Source of the DNA: Camelus dromedarius
Taxonomy: Eukaryota
Assembly: GCF_036321535.1 (NCBI RefSeq)
Contig: NC_087436.1
Location: 101,868,001-101,932,000 of the forward strand
Direction: 5' to 3'
DNA: 64,000 nucleotides
The notes beneath the pieces are model-generated. The model was not told the DNA's origin, ran no database searches, and saw nothing but the letters and a program-made list of their open reading frames with translations. The translations under genes were made by a program, and so were the position numbers. Below, piece by piece: positions 40,901 through 53,655 of the stretch (positions within the stretch are counted from its first letter, which is position 1; each line of letters opens with the position of its first letter).

Positions 40901-41574
40901 CCCGGCAGGGCAGCTCTTCATCGTGCTTTCTGTAACTTCCAGGTTGATCCATTCCAAACTGATACTTACATCCAGGCGTTACTGCGAGAATGGAAGAAGT
41001 TACTCTTTCGCTCACTGCTTTCCAAAGGGCAGTAAGCTCAGCCATACATTATTGCTCAAAAAATCTGTGGAACAGAGAGATAAGTGAGTGATACAGACTT
41101 CATTACCAGCGATGGTTTTGTAGGATACTGATCAACCATCATCTCTTGTGAATTATGGACCCTTTCCAGTTTTCCAGAGGCTTTTTCCAGAAAGGACATT
41201 GAGAACTTCAGGCTTTCTTATGTCTCTTCATTTCTATGCCTGAAGAAGGTTATTGGTCCTTGTATGCAATTATTACTTGCTGATAAAAGAGCTACTGCAA
41301 AGGTAGTTCACAGGCAAGGTGAGAAATTATAAAACATCAAGTGTTTCTTAACCTCAGTATTTATATTAATACATGGCAAGAATGAGCAACCGTTTGTCAC
41401 CTCACAGTTGGTGATTAAATGCATTGTGTCAGTGCCATGTTTAGATGCTTCAATTAAGTAATAATAAAGGATACTGTAATCCAGGAAATGTAATTTTACC
41501 TCAAATAGTAACGATACATTATTATCAGTTGAGAATTTTCACAACTACTTCTGCAAGCATTCCCTCATACTTTC

Positions 41575-41667
41575 TTCTTTTTTTTAAAGTAAATACTTTA
41601 ATAACTATTCTTTGATTTCTTTTTCTATAAAATCATTCTTCTTTACTTACCTCCACCCCGTTTTATA
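41575..41667 (-). other. Short retroposed insertion of unknown source, flanked by a 16-bp TSD
   Basis: ATTCCCTCATACTTTC at 41559-41574 and 41668-41683. T8 run at 41578-41585 and TTTAAT (ATTAAA on minus) at 41597-41602. Confidence 0.7.
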
Positions 41668-44600
41668 ATTCCCTCATACTTTCAGCATCTCTCTTCTGTT
41701 TAGTGATTCATTCCACCCTCCTCTATAAGCTTGGGGAAGCAATCTTACATGCTAGCCCCTCAGCTGCCTGTCACAGTAGTTTCCAGGTTTTGTTTCACCA
41801 TCTCTATCAACAGGCTTAATAAATGACAGTGCATGAACTGCCTTTGCTTCACACGTTTTTTTGAGGAAAATGCATTACAGAAGGGCCTGATTATTATGTG
41901 TGTGAACATTTTTCAGAGATTAAAGGGTGTGGGATGGTACAATGGAATCCTTAACACCTCCCTAAATCTAGTTTACTCTTTTTATTTTTTTAACACTACG
42001 CGCATTTTGCGCATCCTTGATGAAAAAGAGAATTGTATGATGGCAAGAACAAAGTAAAATGACAAAGAAACAATAAGCTAAGTTAACTCTGTATGCAGAA
42101 ATGGATGTTAAGTGTCATCTGAAATCAACTTCTTTCACATTCAAGTTCCAGTGCTGCCTTTTGTTTCTGAATTTTCCCTGCCTGCTCTGACGAACTTTCA
42201 TTACTTTCTCCTTTGACTTATTATGCCATTACATTTGTATCATATTATCAGCCTTCCAGTTTCAAATTCACATCATTTGGTCTTCCAAATACCACATTAT
42301 TATTGACATAAAGTTAGGTTCTAGTTTCTCTGCTGTCTTTATTGTCTCATTCACCATTAGCAATTCATAAATGCTTAAAAAAATTGCTCTGACTTATGTA
42401 TTTTGTAAATTAATAATGCCTTTATTTTTTTTTCCTCTAAACTTTCTACTAGTTCTCCTTTCCAATGTTGAGAAAATTGAGAGAGATTTACTTTTCCTTT
42501 CAGCTATTTGGACCTGTAGATGCAAACTGCTTTTTCATGTCTTTTCTGGAGTTTGAGTATAAATTCATTTCTAAAGTGTTTTTGTTAATTTCCTTTGTTT
42601 TTATTTCAATGAGATTCAGACGCTCTAGTGTAGAAAACTTCAAAAAAATCTATAAATATAATAAAGAAACGACAGCACAGTATTTTATTTAACGGATCAA
42701 AACCTCAAAATTATCCAAGTAAGTGAGTATACAAGGAATACGCAAGGGAATGAGGCTGATTTAATAAAATACTTCAAATCCATACAAAGCAGTTATTTAA
42801 TATGATGCATCCGAAAAATACTTAATAGCATATAAAATTGTGTTCTATTCATTATTAATTAAAAGCAAACAATGATGCAAAGAGAATGTCATGTTTAGTC
42901 TTATTTTTCTGGATATATATATATTTATATTTATATATGTGAATATGCATAAGAAAAGAAAAAGAGATGAGAATTATATGCAGTAAAATGTCAACATTGG
43001 TTACCCAATTGGAGGCTATTTGCTTTTCTCTATTTATTTTCTTTTTTTGCTATTTGCATTTTCTAAAATTTTTGCAATAAGCATTAATTGCTTTTATCAT
43101 AAGAAAACAGAAAAGAGCAGCCTTTACTGTAAAATATCTAAAAGGTCAAAATGAAACAATCTGGAATTGATTTCATTGAGATGCAATTCTTAATTTAATT
43201 CCTAAAATAGCCAGATTTATATTTGATTTTAATTTATGCCCTCTGTCTTTGGATTCAGGCTTATATTTTTGTAACATTGTATTATGTAACATAATTTTGA
43301 AATCTATCCTCTAGGGAACATATATTGAAGAAAGATGATTTTCAACATTGAGAAAACATTTGGACAATCCAAGGTTTTTTCTGCTTTCATAGTGAATATA
43401 AAATTTTTTTCAAGGTACCAATGTTGTATTAGAATTCACCTCAGGCTGTTTCTGTCTATGGTTGCAATTTGATACAGTTGTATGGGACTTTCCTTATTGA
43501 TTTATCTTGCTTGAAGCTACTAACAACCATAGACTGCAGAATGTTTTGGGAGATAGCATATTTGAGAGGTGGAGTCTTAGTTCAGAGGATAAAAAGCAGT
43601 TTTGACTCATGAGTTTTGTTTTCTTTTCTTTGCTCAAAGCAAAGATTGTACAATCTGCTAATGAGTGTCAGCGATTGATGGAAGTGTTAGGAAGTAGTCA
43701 TTCTGTCATTTTTTTTTTATAGTTTTTGATAGTGATTTTTTTTTGCCTTCAGTTTTCATCAGCTTTCATTCAAAATATCAGGTATCAGGGTTGATATTTT
43801 CTGTTCAGTTCTTCCTAACTAGCAGCAGAACAGAAAAGGTCCAACAATGATTAGACTTGTTTCCAGTAGGAAAGAATTGTTGGCTAAGACACTTTATCAG
43901 CTGAGTTTATTACGTTTGTTACCACACATGCTTTTGCATATCTTATTTTATTAACTGTCACATTTTTTGTTCAATGACTAAGTTTTCACACACATATCTA
44001 TGTGATTACTAAAGCCATACAATATTGGTAACCATCACAGTACTCTGATCCAGTAATTAAAATTCACTTCTAAAGATATTTTTAGTTTTAAAATGGCATA
44101 TATATCTTACTATATATATTATATATTACTATGATTCTTCCAGTTAGTTGAATAATTAAACATACTTTTTATATCAGCAGTTGTTTTAAAGTGACTACTT
44201 ATGAAGTGATTCTTATAAAGGATTCTGTAAATGGTCACATTTTAAGTAAAGAGGAAATAATTAAACAATTCCAAAGCAAACACTGAGTACAAATATCCAG
44301 AATTTTAAAAAATCTATCAGTTTCTCCTACATTTTCGACAGTCATTAAATTACAAAATAGTCTACGTACACAGAGTTAGTAACTAAATTGTTCACTACTC
44401 TAACATTGTGAGTGGAGAGTGAATGAGTCTTTGAGAAAATACACTGAATATAAAATGTTTGTATCATTTTATTGTTTACTCGGATATAAGGGAAAGATAG
44501 GTCAAAGATATTAAAATCCTAATTTGCTCCTCATGAAATGTGATATGTTGGAGGCATTTATTACTAATATTTCAATGCTGGATGAGATACTATCTTGTTC

Positions 44601-45009
44601 AAAGATTTGGCAACCACAGAAATGTCAACATGGCAGCCATGCTGTGAGACAAATTTGCTATTAATTCTGATGTATTATATTGTGAGGATGGACAAGGAGG
44701 TAAGCCTGACTGGCTAATTAAACCTTTATTCTCTGTAAAAGTCAAAAAAAAAAAAAAAGGAGAGAGAATCACTCTTGAGTCTTTTGTGTTATTTTCTGAC
44801 ATTGTGCAGATAACTTCAGACACTAACTTGAACTGCCAAAAAATATGTATATTTATACATATTTTTCAATGCAACTCAAGAGGAAGATAAAAATTTGCTT
44901 TGAATATGACATTTATATGCCAGTCCTTGATTTAGATATGCAGAGGTAGCAAGCATGTTAGCTGGAAGTAGCAATCCAGCGTATTTCTAAACATGATGGC
45001 CCATTTATG

Positions 45010-45450
45010 TTCAAAATGACGTGGATGGAATCAATTAGGAGAAACAAGTGAGTTCCAAGACATACTTTCAAAAAGCTGCAGAGTTGCTTAGTAACCTGTT
45101 ACACTTCATTTCCCAGTGGAGCTGTAAAGCTGTCAGAGTTGGTAATGGAGAACTCAGAAATGAATCAAGTCTCACGTGCTCTGTCAAGAACATACTCATA
45201 TTAAATATGGTAGACCCCCCGCTGTCAGAAGTTGTATATACATGCTCAGTAAAACATATAGCAGGACGGTGATCAGGGAATATGATTTCAAGTTGTGCTT
45301 TGACATAAAAATCTTGTTTATTTTCTTTGTGTACATGGCGCTGCCATAAATCAATGTGCCACGTATCTACTGTTACTCTAGCGAAATGTACGTTCAGGTG
45401 CTCCTTCCTGCAGGATTGCTTGCTATTGACTCAGGTCCACCCTGACAGCA
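45010..45450. promoter_or_regulatory. Candidate enhancer (dense TF motif cluster in apparently unique DNA)
   Basis: X-box GTTGCTTAGTAAC 45083-45095; ZIC-type GACCCCCCGCTGT 45213-45225; PBX-HOX TGATTTATGG(-) 45344-45353; four TGACAG/CTGTCA; CACGTG 45173; TGACTCA 45427; TGACGT 45017. Confidence 0.45.
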
Positions 45451-45818
45451 CTCACCTCAGCCTACAGCTTGTCTGCTCTGCATTTGAGGATTTCATATGT
45501 GAAGTCAAAAGCAGTGTTGCTTTTCCTTCACATTGTCCAGACAACTGTGTATACACTCATATAAATTGTATTTTATAGGGAAACAATACTTGTCGATCAC
45601 TTTAAATAATTCTAATACCCCCTCTGCAGATAAAACCAGGCTTACACACACCCATTAACTAACCTGTAAATGTAATATGACTGAAAAGAATTTTACTTAC
45701 ACTCATTAAACATTTGGACCTGACCTCTAATAGACTGGATATTTTTGTTTCAACTTTCTAAACTCTTAATTTAAAAAAAAATTAATTAAAAAAATTTAAT
45801 TTTAATTTGCCAGAGTAG

Positions 45819-45860
<42 letters not shown>
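45819..45860 (+). repeat. (GATA)10 microsatellite
   Basis: Perfect tetranucleotide array read directly. Confidence 0.98.
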
Positions 45861-46559
45861 GAATACCAGAACAACACCTCTCCTGATTGGCAATAATTGG
45901 GATTTGAGATGTAACAAGAAATAGAAAAAAAGGAAGTAGAGGTGCATTAGCTGATTACCTTCATCGGTAAGAACTCAAATGACAGGTCTTGATGTTCAGT
46001 TAAAGATCTAAAGAGAAGAAAATCCCCTATTATCTCCAATACATAGTTAGTTGACACATAATCATTAAATTATTAATTCTTGTATCATCTTTGTGAAATA
46101 TACTGAGAACAATCATTTTTTCTCATCTTTATAAGTAGATTTTATAAATTTCTGCTTAATAAGTTAGCATGTGGCTGCATCTTAGGAAATCATAGAAAAT
46201 TACATGTAATATTTATTGGAATATTTTATAGATAGATATTACAATCAATTATCCAATAATAACCGTGAATATATTTAGTAGGAAAAAAAAATCAAACAAC
46301 TCCATTTAAATGCAACAACCCTTTCCCAACAGTTTCCAACACTTATGTTTTAGGACTAGAAATGTAACAGTAATAGAGATTTCATCAAGACACATGGATT
46401 GAGCATGCAGGACATTCCTCCTAAAAGTAATTCTTTAAAAAAGGGGGATTCAAAAAAAAGTGAGAGGTAAAGAGTAAATCGTCAGTTTTCTCTAGGGTTG
46501 TTGCCTTGTGATGCTTCTGTGATGAGAAAACCATTGTCTGAGTTGCTGCCTAGGCATTT

Positions 46560-46995
46560 TACAGTATGACAACTCTGCTCATGCTCAGAGTGTGGACATT
46601 TAGAGAAGGACCTGAGCTTAAGAGTCTGCCATGAGTTCCCTCCTTGCTTTTCGTGGAGCACCATATAATAAAATGGCAACTTGTTGAGCCCTCAAAATGT
46701 TAGTAAACTCCACCCCACCTGCCTTGTAAGTAATAGGTGGGTACTGTCTATTTCCTGCTCCCTGTTGATGAAAGATGGGCTACCTTCCCCTGACTCATTG
46801 TACCCCCTCAATTTGGGATCTGTAGGTAATACATTTATGACTTTACTTCCCTTGTGTGAGTACATTGAAACTGCACGTTTGATCAAAACAAGCCCCAGGG
46901 TTTTCATCTCTCCAAAGTAGGCGCTCATTCTAATGCCCACCCTTATTCCCACCCCTGTGTGGGTGGCTTGTGACTCCTTATTCAGCAGGTCACGA
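46560..46995 (+). mobile_element. Probable old ERVL-class LTR
   Basis: GC-richer island with ttgggatctgtaggtaatacat...gtgtgagtacattgaaactgc, resembling ERVL LTR poly(A) regions. Family uncertain. Confidence 0.4.
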
Positions 46996-47793
46996 TCTAT
47001 GTACTCTGCATATTCTTAGCTAAATACACCAGCTCTAAGTGTATGCTTTACACTATGATCATCCTTAAAAAAAAATGAACACTTAAAAAAATCAAGTGAC
47101 ATAAAATAAGTCTTGACACTGATTTTATTTTTGTTTTCATTTGAATATAAAAAATGCATTAATATTGAAATATAATTGCAATCCAAAAAAGATCAGGATC
47201 ATAGTGGTCCAGTAGGTTAGAAAGTGTTGATTCTGATGTCATTGTTGTCTACACTGTGATTGTAGTGTTATACAGCTTGTCACTAAATGCTGCAACTAGC
47301 TAGTTTTCTGTGTAGGATGGCTATTCCACGTATTGGGATTGCCATACTCTGGCCTCAGAGAATATCATCATGTAATCTGCAAGGCTAGAATGAAAAGAAA
47401 TCTCTGCATTGGTTGCTTTTTCAGAATAGCACAAAAAAGAAAATAAAGTTTACCCATCCCAAATACATAGTACGTGCCCTGTCTTGAAACGGGCACACAT
47501 GATTTTCTGAGCCATGAGTTAAAGAATTGAACTAATTTTTGATAGTCAGACTTATAACAATGAGTACGTTTCTAGAGTTGTTAAGTCTGAAGACAGTACA
47601 ATTGTTATTCAGTTGCTGAAGGAAAACATTGATATCTGCTGTCCTTTCTGGTTACAAGTTGACTCTGTCTCAGCCCGCTCAAACTAGAACCTGATACAGA
47701 CCTCATTCATATTTAGTTCTTCGAGAAACCCAATCACACCAATCTTTTATGATTTTTTTTTTGCCAGAGATTAGAGGTTTTAGTCCCACATTT

Positions 47794-48039
47794 AATTTTC
47801 TTCTATTGTTGTTGTTGTTTTTTTTAATCTCTGATCTTTGTTATTTCCTTCCTTACACTGACATCAGGTTTTGTTTATTATTCTTTCTCTAATTCTTTTA
47901 GGTTTTAGGTTAGGTTGTTTGAGATTTTTCTTGTTTTTTGAAGAAGGCCTGTATTGCTATGAACTTCCCTCTTAAGACTGCTTTTGCTGCATCCCATAGA
48001 TTTTGTGTGGTTGTGTTTTCAATGTCATTTGTCTCAAGG
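47794..48039 (-). mobile_element. L1 ORF2-internal fragment lacking the L1 3' end
   Basis: Minus strand encodes [27 protein letters not shown], typical of L1 ORF2 just after the endonuclease domain. Confidence 0.88.
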
Positions 48040-50264
48040 TTTAATCCCATATTTTAGAGTGCATACACTTTCATATCTCTGGCAGATAATTACTTTTATC
48101 CAAATTTCATCTTTGGGAATATACTGTCTCTTTCCATCTCTGATTCTTCCATCAAGAACTAAAACATGTAAGGGATTCCAATAGAGCTGGAATTTAGTCT
48201 GGACTGTTCAGCATGTAGACATGAAAAGTTTTCATAAAAGTGATATCTGTTGCATTTACAGTGCTCCTTACACTGTAATCATCACATGGATTATTTTCAG
48301 CCTCATATAAAGTACACAAAGTCAGCATCTTTGATCCCATTTTTCAGAGCCAGAGATCATAGCTCCCTGAGCTTAGTTAACATCTCTAAGTCCTCAGAGC
48401 TAATCATTATGCAGACAGAATTGTCACTCTTATTTGTCTGAGAGCAAATGTCTGTATTCTTTCCTTAGCAGCAGGCTTCCCCTGTGAGGGGAAAAAAAAT
48501 GGAAAGAAAAATGCATTGCTAATAAATGCAGTAAGTGGTGGTGGGGTTGGGGGGGAAGAGGGATTTTCTCATTGTGTACCATTTCCAATGAAGAAATAAA
48601 AATAAGATATTTCCATCATAAGTGTCCATTTCATTTTACATCTGATACTGATGTGCAAAATCTGATACATAAATAATAATATAACAATTTTAATAAGCTA
48701 TTGTTTTCTCCTCTGTCAGTGACAATGGCTTCTAAATCAGATCCACGGCGAGAACTTGAAGAAATAATTAGCACAGCACTTGTCAAAAAGCAGAATTTTA
48801 AACATGATTATGGTTATGTTTACTTCTAAAATCACCACCACTGAATGTTTTGGAAAGGTTGGTGTGGTGCAAGTGACAAGATCCTTGTCACCTCCCTCTG
48901 TTTTCTCCCACTTTTCTTTTTTTTTTCTTATTATTTGCCAGCATAACCTATGAAGAAATTTGAGCTTCAAGGAGGTTAATTGATCTATTTAAAGCCATAT
49001 AACTAGGGGATATGACTTTTCAAGAATCTGGATATCTTGACTCACATGTTAGGTCATGCAGAAAATACCTTACAACCCCTACATTAATTCACTAATAATC
49101 TATCCTAGATTATGTTTTATGTGTTAGGAAAAACCTTGGATGGAATCACTAAATAAAAAAGAAAAAGATTATTTATCAGTTTAGAATATTTTATACATAT
49201 ATATATCGAGAGAGAGAGAGAATTAAATAGAAAGAAAGAGACATACAATACAGAGAATCACAACTTTATGTACCTCTTCTTAAATCTTTTTTTTTTTAAG
49301 TCAGTGCAAAAGTCCATAAAAGCCAAGTAGATAAGAAAGAAAAATTAAAGAATTTACATCCTATTAAAGTAAAATATTTGTAAGTATATAAGGTTGTAAA
49401 AATAGAGGTGTGTTTACTCAATAGAGCAAAAGAGGGTAATACAGCTTCAGTAATTATTTTAACATAAATTTTTCATATCTGAAAGTACAAAGGAATAATG
49501 TATCTAGATAATTATATGACAACAGATTAGAGAAAATAGCTGCTCAACTGAGAAAAGAATTAGTTGAGTTACTACATGAGGGCAGACTAGAAAGTGAGGT
49601 GAGGAAAAGAAGGGTAGTTCTATACACCCTTGTATTTTGGCAGATATTGCTTTGTAGGATACATTACCCTAGTATTTTTTTGAGTTTGGGATTATCTAGA
49701 GGAAGTCACAGGAAACTAAGTTGAGTTCAGACTTGTGGTACATTTTGCTCAATGCCATACATACATATAAAAAGCAAAATGTGATACATATTTTCTGAAA
49801 AAGTTTAAATTTTTGATTATAAGATCATTAATTATGCTAAGCAAGTGAGAGTCATACTTGAAATAATTAGCAATAATTTTATTCCTAATATGTAGTCTCC
49901 ATGGTGCCATTCATCTCAAAAATCATCAAATATGGATATTAGATAGTGACACGTAGGTTCTGTTTAGTCTGACATTAATAAATATTGCTAATGATATAAT
50001 TTATATATATTAACTTTGCTTTGAACATAAGTATGTAAATGTATATTCATTTTTAAAGCTCTCAATAGTCATTAATGCCAAAGAAAAAGGGTCTTCAGTG
50101 ATTTCAATCTTGTCTAAACATGTATGTGTTTTTTCTACTCTTTTGTAGGTAAACTTGTAAATGTAAAGCTGCATACTTGATCTTCCAGAAAAAAGTCTAT
50201 TTTTCCCTCCACTAGATTCTTATATTAAGAACCTTGAGAGCGTTAATTCCTATAAACATACTAT

Positions 50265-50266
<2 letters not shown>

Positions 50267-50295
<29 letters not shown>
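50267..50295 (+). repeat. (GT)14 microsatellite
   Basis: Read directly. Shorter or imperfect GT arrays occur at ~51102-51135 and ~58868-58922. Confidence 0.97.
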
Positions 50296-51492
50296 GAGAG
50301 ACAAACTGTTGGTTTTGCTCCGCATCTATTACCTCTCCTCTCTTCTAGTTTTCCTCTCTCTCCCTCCCTCCCTCCTCTCATTCTCTCTCCATGATACATG
50401 TGCTTGTATGTAAGGACCCCCTATGTCTTCTTATTTTTAAAGTAGATCTTAACAACCATGAAAATTGCTTTTTTTTCTTTCTTTTTTAGGATAAATACAA
50501 TGTAAATGAATAATATAAATAAATGCAAATTGTGCTCTACAAAACACCAAACATAACTGGAAAACATGCAGGTTGCTCCATTAGGGTACTTACACTTCAT
50601 TAACTTTGAAGTCACTGATTATGAAAGAAAAGAAAGTGTTTTAAATCCAGCTTATAAAATTGTATTTAATTTAGTTACATGTCTGTGCTTTTAAAACCCA
50701 GCAGCATATTTATGATTTCATGGAATTATTGGTTTTGTTTATTCTAATCATTGATTATGACTATCAGATTGTAAACAAAACCTGAAATTTAAGTTCAGTT
50801 ATAGATAACATATCTCTGTAGTGCTAATGAACTGTGGATTATCAATGCATCTAGTTATTATACTGTTTAATTAGTTTAGGTCAACTTCATAATTTTTTAT
50901 AATAGGGAATTTTTGTAGATGATTTTGATTTCACTTATTAGAGTTTTTGGTATATCTGTAGAAATTCACCTTTTTGGTTTTTAAGCTTTATCTCCAAGTT
51001 GTAGACTATTTATAGTGTAGAATTACCTCTTTTTATGTTAGTGAAAGATTTACAGTTTAACCTACGCTTATACATTTGTATGGTTATAAGTTTGTGGGGT
51101 TTGTGTGTGTGTGTGTGTGTTCGTGTGCACGTGTGTTAGGCCACTTGTTTTTAGGAAACTATTTCTGAATGTTTGATATCACATAGTTAATAAGATAAAA
51201 GAAAGAATTTATACTCAGGACTTCTGACATCTGCTTTCAGCTGGATACAGTTATAGTCTATTTATTAGAGCTACTCCTAGCTTACAGCTTGTGTTTGTTT
51301 ATATGATGTCTTTTGTAATATATACTGTCCTTTTTTATATACTGTAACTTTAAAGAGGCTACTAAACTTAAAATACTATTAATACCAGGTATCTATAGGG
51401 TAAAGTTTCCTAAAGAAACTGAGCAAGTGGTAATGTTGTCTGTTGTTCTTTTTCCACAGTATATAGAGTGTGTGTAAAACATAGGGAGCATA

Positions 51493-53655
51493 TAGGCAGA
51501 CCTTGGAAATATTGCATGTTCTGTCCATTTGTGCCTTATTTCCTCAGTCCTCTAGGTGGGGCTGAATGAGGCTACCATGCTGCCTCAGGTCCAATCTTGA
51601 AGACCAATGGGCAGGAGGTTCTTGCCAAAGGTTTATGATGAAACATTCACAAGCAAAAAGTCCTGGAGTGACACCCCACCATAGAAGGTACACACGACAT
51701 AGCAGCAGTCTTTCCTCACAATTTCTTAAAACAAGACAAAAAGTTTGCTGCATTGATTGACTCTTCCTTCCGCAAATGATTTCTCTTGCATGCAGTGGTG
51801 TTTGATAGCATTGTACCCATAGTAGAACTTGTTTCTAATCACCAGGAGTAGATTTCCTCTAAAGAAAACACTTCCTTTGTTCATCCATGAGAAGCAACTC
51901 CTCACTTACGAAAGTTTTATCATGAGATTGCAGCAATCCCATCACATCTTCAGGCCCCATTTCTAATTCTAGTGCTCTTGCTATTTCTACCACATCTAGT
52001 TACTTCTTCAACATTAATACTGAACCCCTCAAAGTCATCCATCAGGATTGGGATCAACCTCTAAAAACTCTTGTTAATATTGATATCTTGACCTCTTCCC
52101 ACAAATTGTGAGTTTTTTATGACATCTAGAATGATCAGTCATTTCCAGTTTTCGATTGACTTTGCCCAAATTCATCAGAAGAATCACTATCTATGACATA
52201 TATAGCATTACATAATGTATTTCTTAAATAATAGGACTTGGAAATCAAAGTTACTCCTTGATCCATGGACTACAGAATGGATATTGTGTTAGCAGGCATG
52301 AAAACAACATTAATCCTGCAGCTCTCCATCAGAGCTGCTGGGTGACCGGCTGCATTGTCAACCAGCAGTAATATTTTGGAAGGTACTTGATTTTCTGGTA
52401 GTAGGTCTCAACAGTGGGCTTAAAATATTTCAGTTAACCATGTTGTAAACAGATATGCTGTCATATAGGCCTTCTTGTTACATTTTAGGAACACAGCAGA
52501 GTAGATTTAGCATAATTTTTGAGGGTCCTAGGACTTTCAATATAGTGAATGAGTGTTGGCTTTACTTTAAAGTCACCGTCTGCATTAACTCCTAACAAGA
52601 GCGATTGCCTGTCCTTTAAAGCTTTGAAGTCAGGCATTGACTTCTCCTCTCTAGCTATGTAAGTCCTAGATGGAATCTTCTTCCAATAGAAAGATGTTTT
52701 ACCTACATTGAAAACCTATCGTTTATGTAGCCAGCTTCATTAATTATCTCAGCTAGAGCTTCTTGATAATTTGCTGCAGCTTCTACACCAGCACTTGTTG
52801 CTTCAGCTCTTAGATTATGGAGATGGCTTCTTTTCCTGAACCTCATGAAACAACTTCTGTTAGAGTCCAGCTTTTCTCCTGCTGCTTCCTCACCTCTCTG
52901 AGCCTTCATAAAACTGAAGAGAGTTAGGCCCTTGCTTTGAATTAGGGTTGGCTTAAGAGAATGCGGTGGTTGGTTTGATTTTTTATCTAAACCACTAAAA
53001 CTTTATCCACATTGGCAATAAGACTGTTTCACTTTCTAAGCATTGTTGTGCTCAATGGAATAGCGCTTTTAATTTTCTTCAAGGACTTTTCTTTTGCTTT
53101 CACAGCTTGGCTAACTGTTTGGTGCAAGAGGCCTAACTTTTGGCCTGTCTTGATTTTCAACATCCCTTCCTCATTGACCTTAATCATTTCCAGTTTTTTA
53201 TTTAAAGTGAGAGACTTGCCACTCTTCATTTCCCTTTACACTTGGCGGTATTGTAGGGTTGTTAAAGGCCTAATTGTAATGTTTCTCAAGAAATAGGGAA
53301 GCCTGACGAGAAACAGGGGAATTGGCCGGTCAGTGGAGCAGTCAGAACACACACAACATATAAGGGTTAAGTTCACCGTGTTATATGGGCACAGTTTGTG
53401 GTGCCCCAAAACAATCACAACGTAACATCAGAGGTCACTGATCACAGATTACCATAACAATTATAATAATGATGAAAAAGTTTAAGTAATTGCAAGAGTT
53501 ATCAGAAAGTGACACAGACACTAACATAGCAAGCGCTGCTGGAAATGTACCAGTAGACTTGCTCAACAGAGGGTCGCCACATACCTTCAATTCGTAAAAA
53601 ACACGGTATCTGTGAAACGCGATAAAGGAAAGCAAGATGAAACAAGGTATCCCTG
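51493..53655 (-). mobile_element. Near full-length Tigger1 DNA transposon with decayed transposase
   Basis: Both TIRs present (TA|taggcagaccttgg at 51493; caaggtatccctg ending 53655). ORFs 53029..53229 ([18 protein letters not shown]...) and 52703..52909 (MKAQRGEEAA...FMRFRKRS...) are Tigger1 transposase CENP-B-like N-terminal pieces broken by stops/frameshifts. Confidence 0.95.

Noticed and set aside
40645..41100. GC-richer island with overlapping 65-100 aa ORFs
   Set aside because: Possibly an old LTR, but I could not assign termini or family. The ORFs have no recognisable homology.
42000..42012. GCGCATTTTGCGC mini-palindrome with CpGs
   Set aside because: Too short and isolated to support a function.
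52703..53229. Domesticated TIGD1-like gene
   Set aside because: Transposase fragments are broken by stops and frameshifts and lie within TIR-bounded Tigger1; a neutral fossil.
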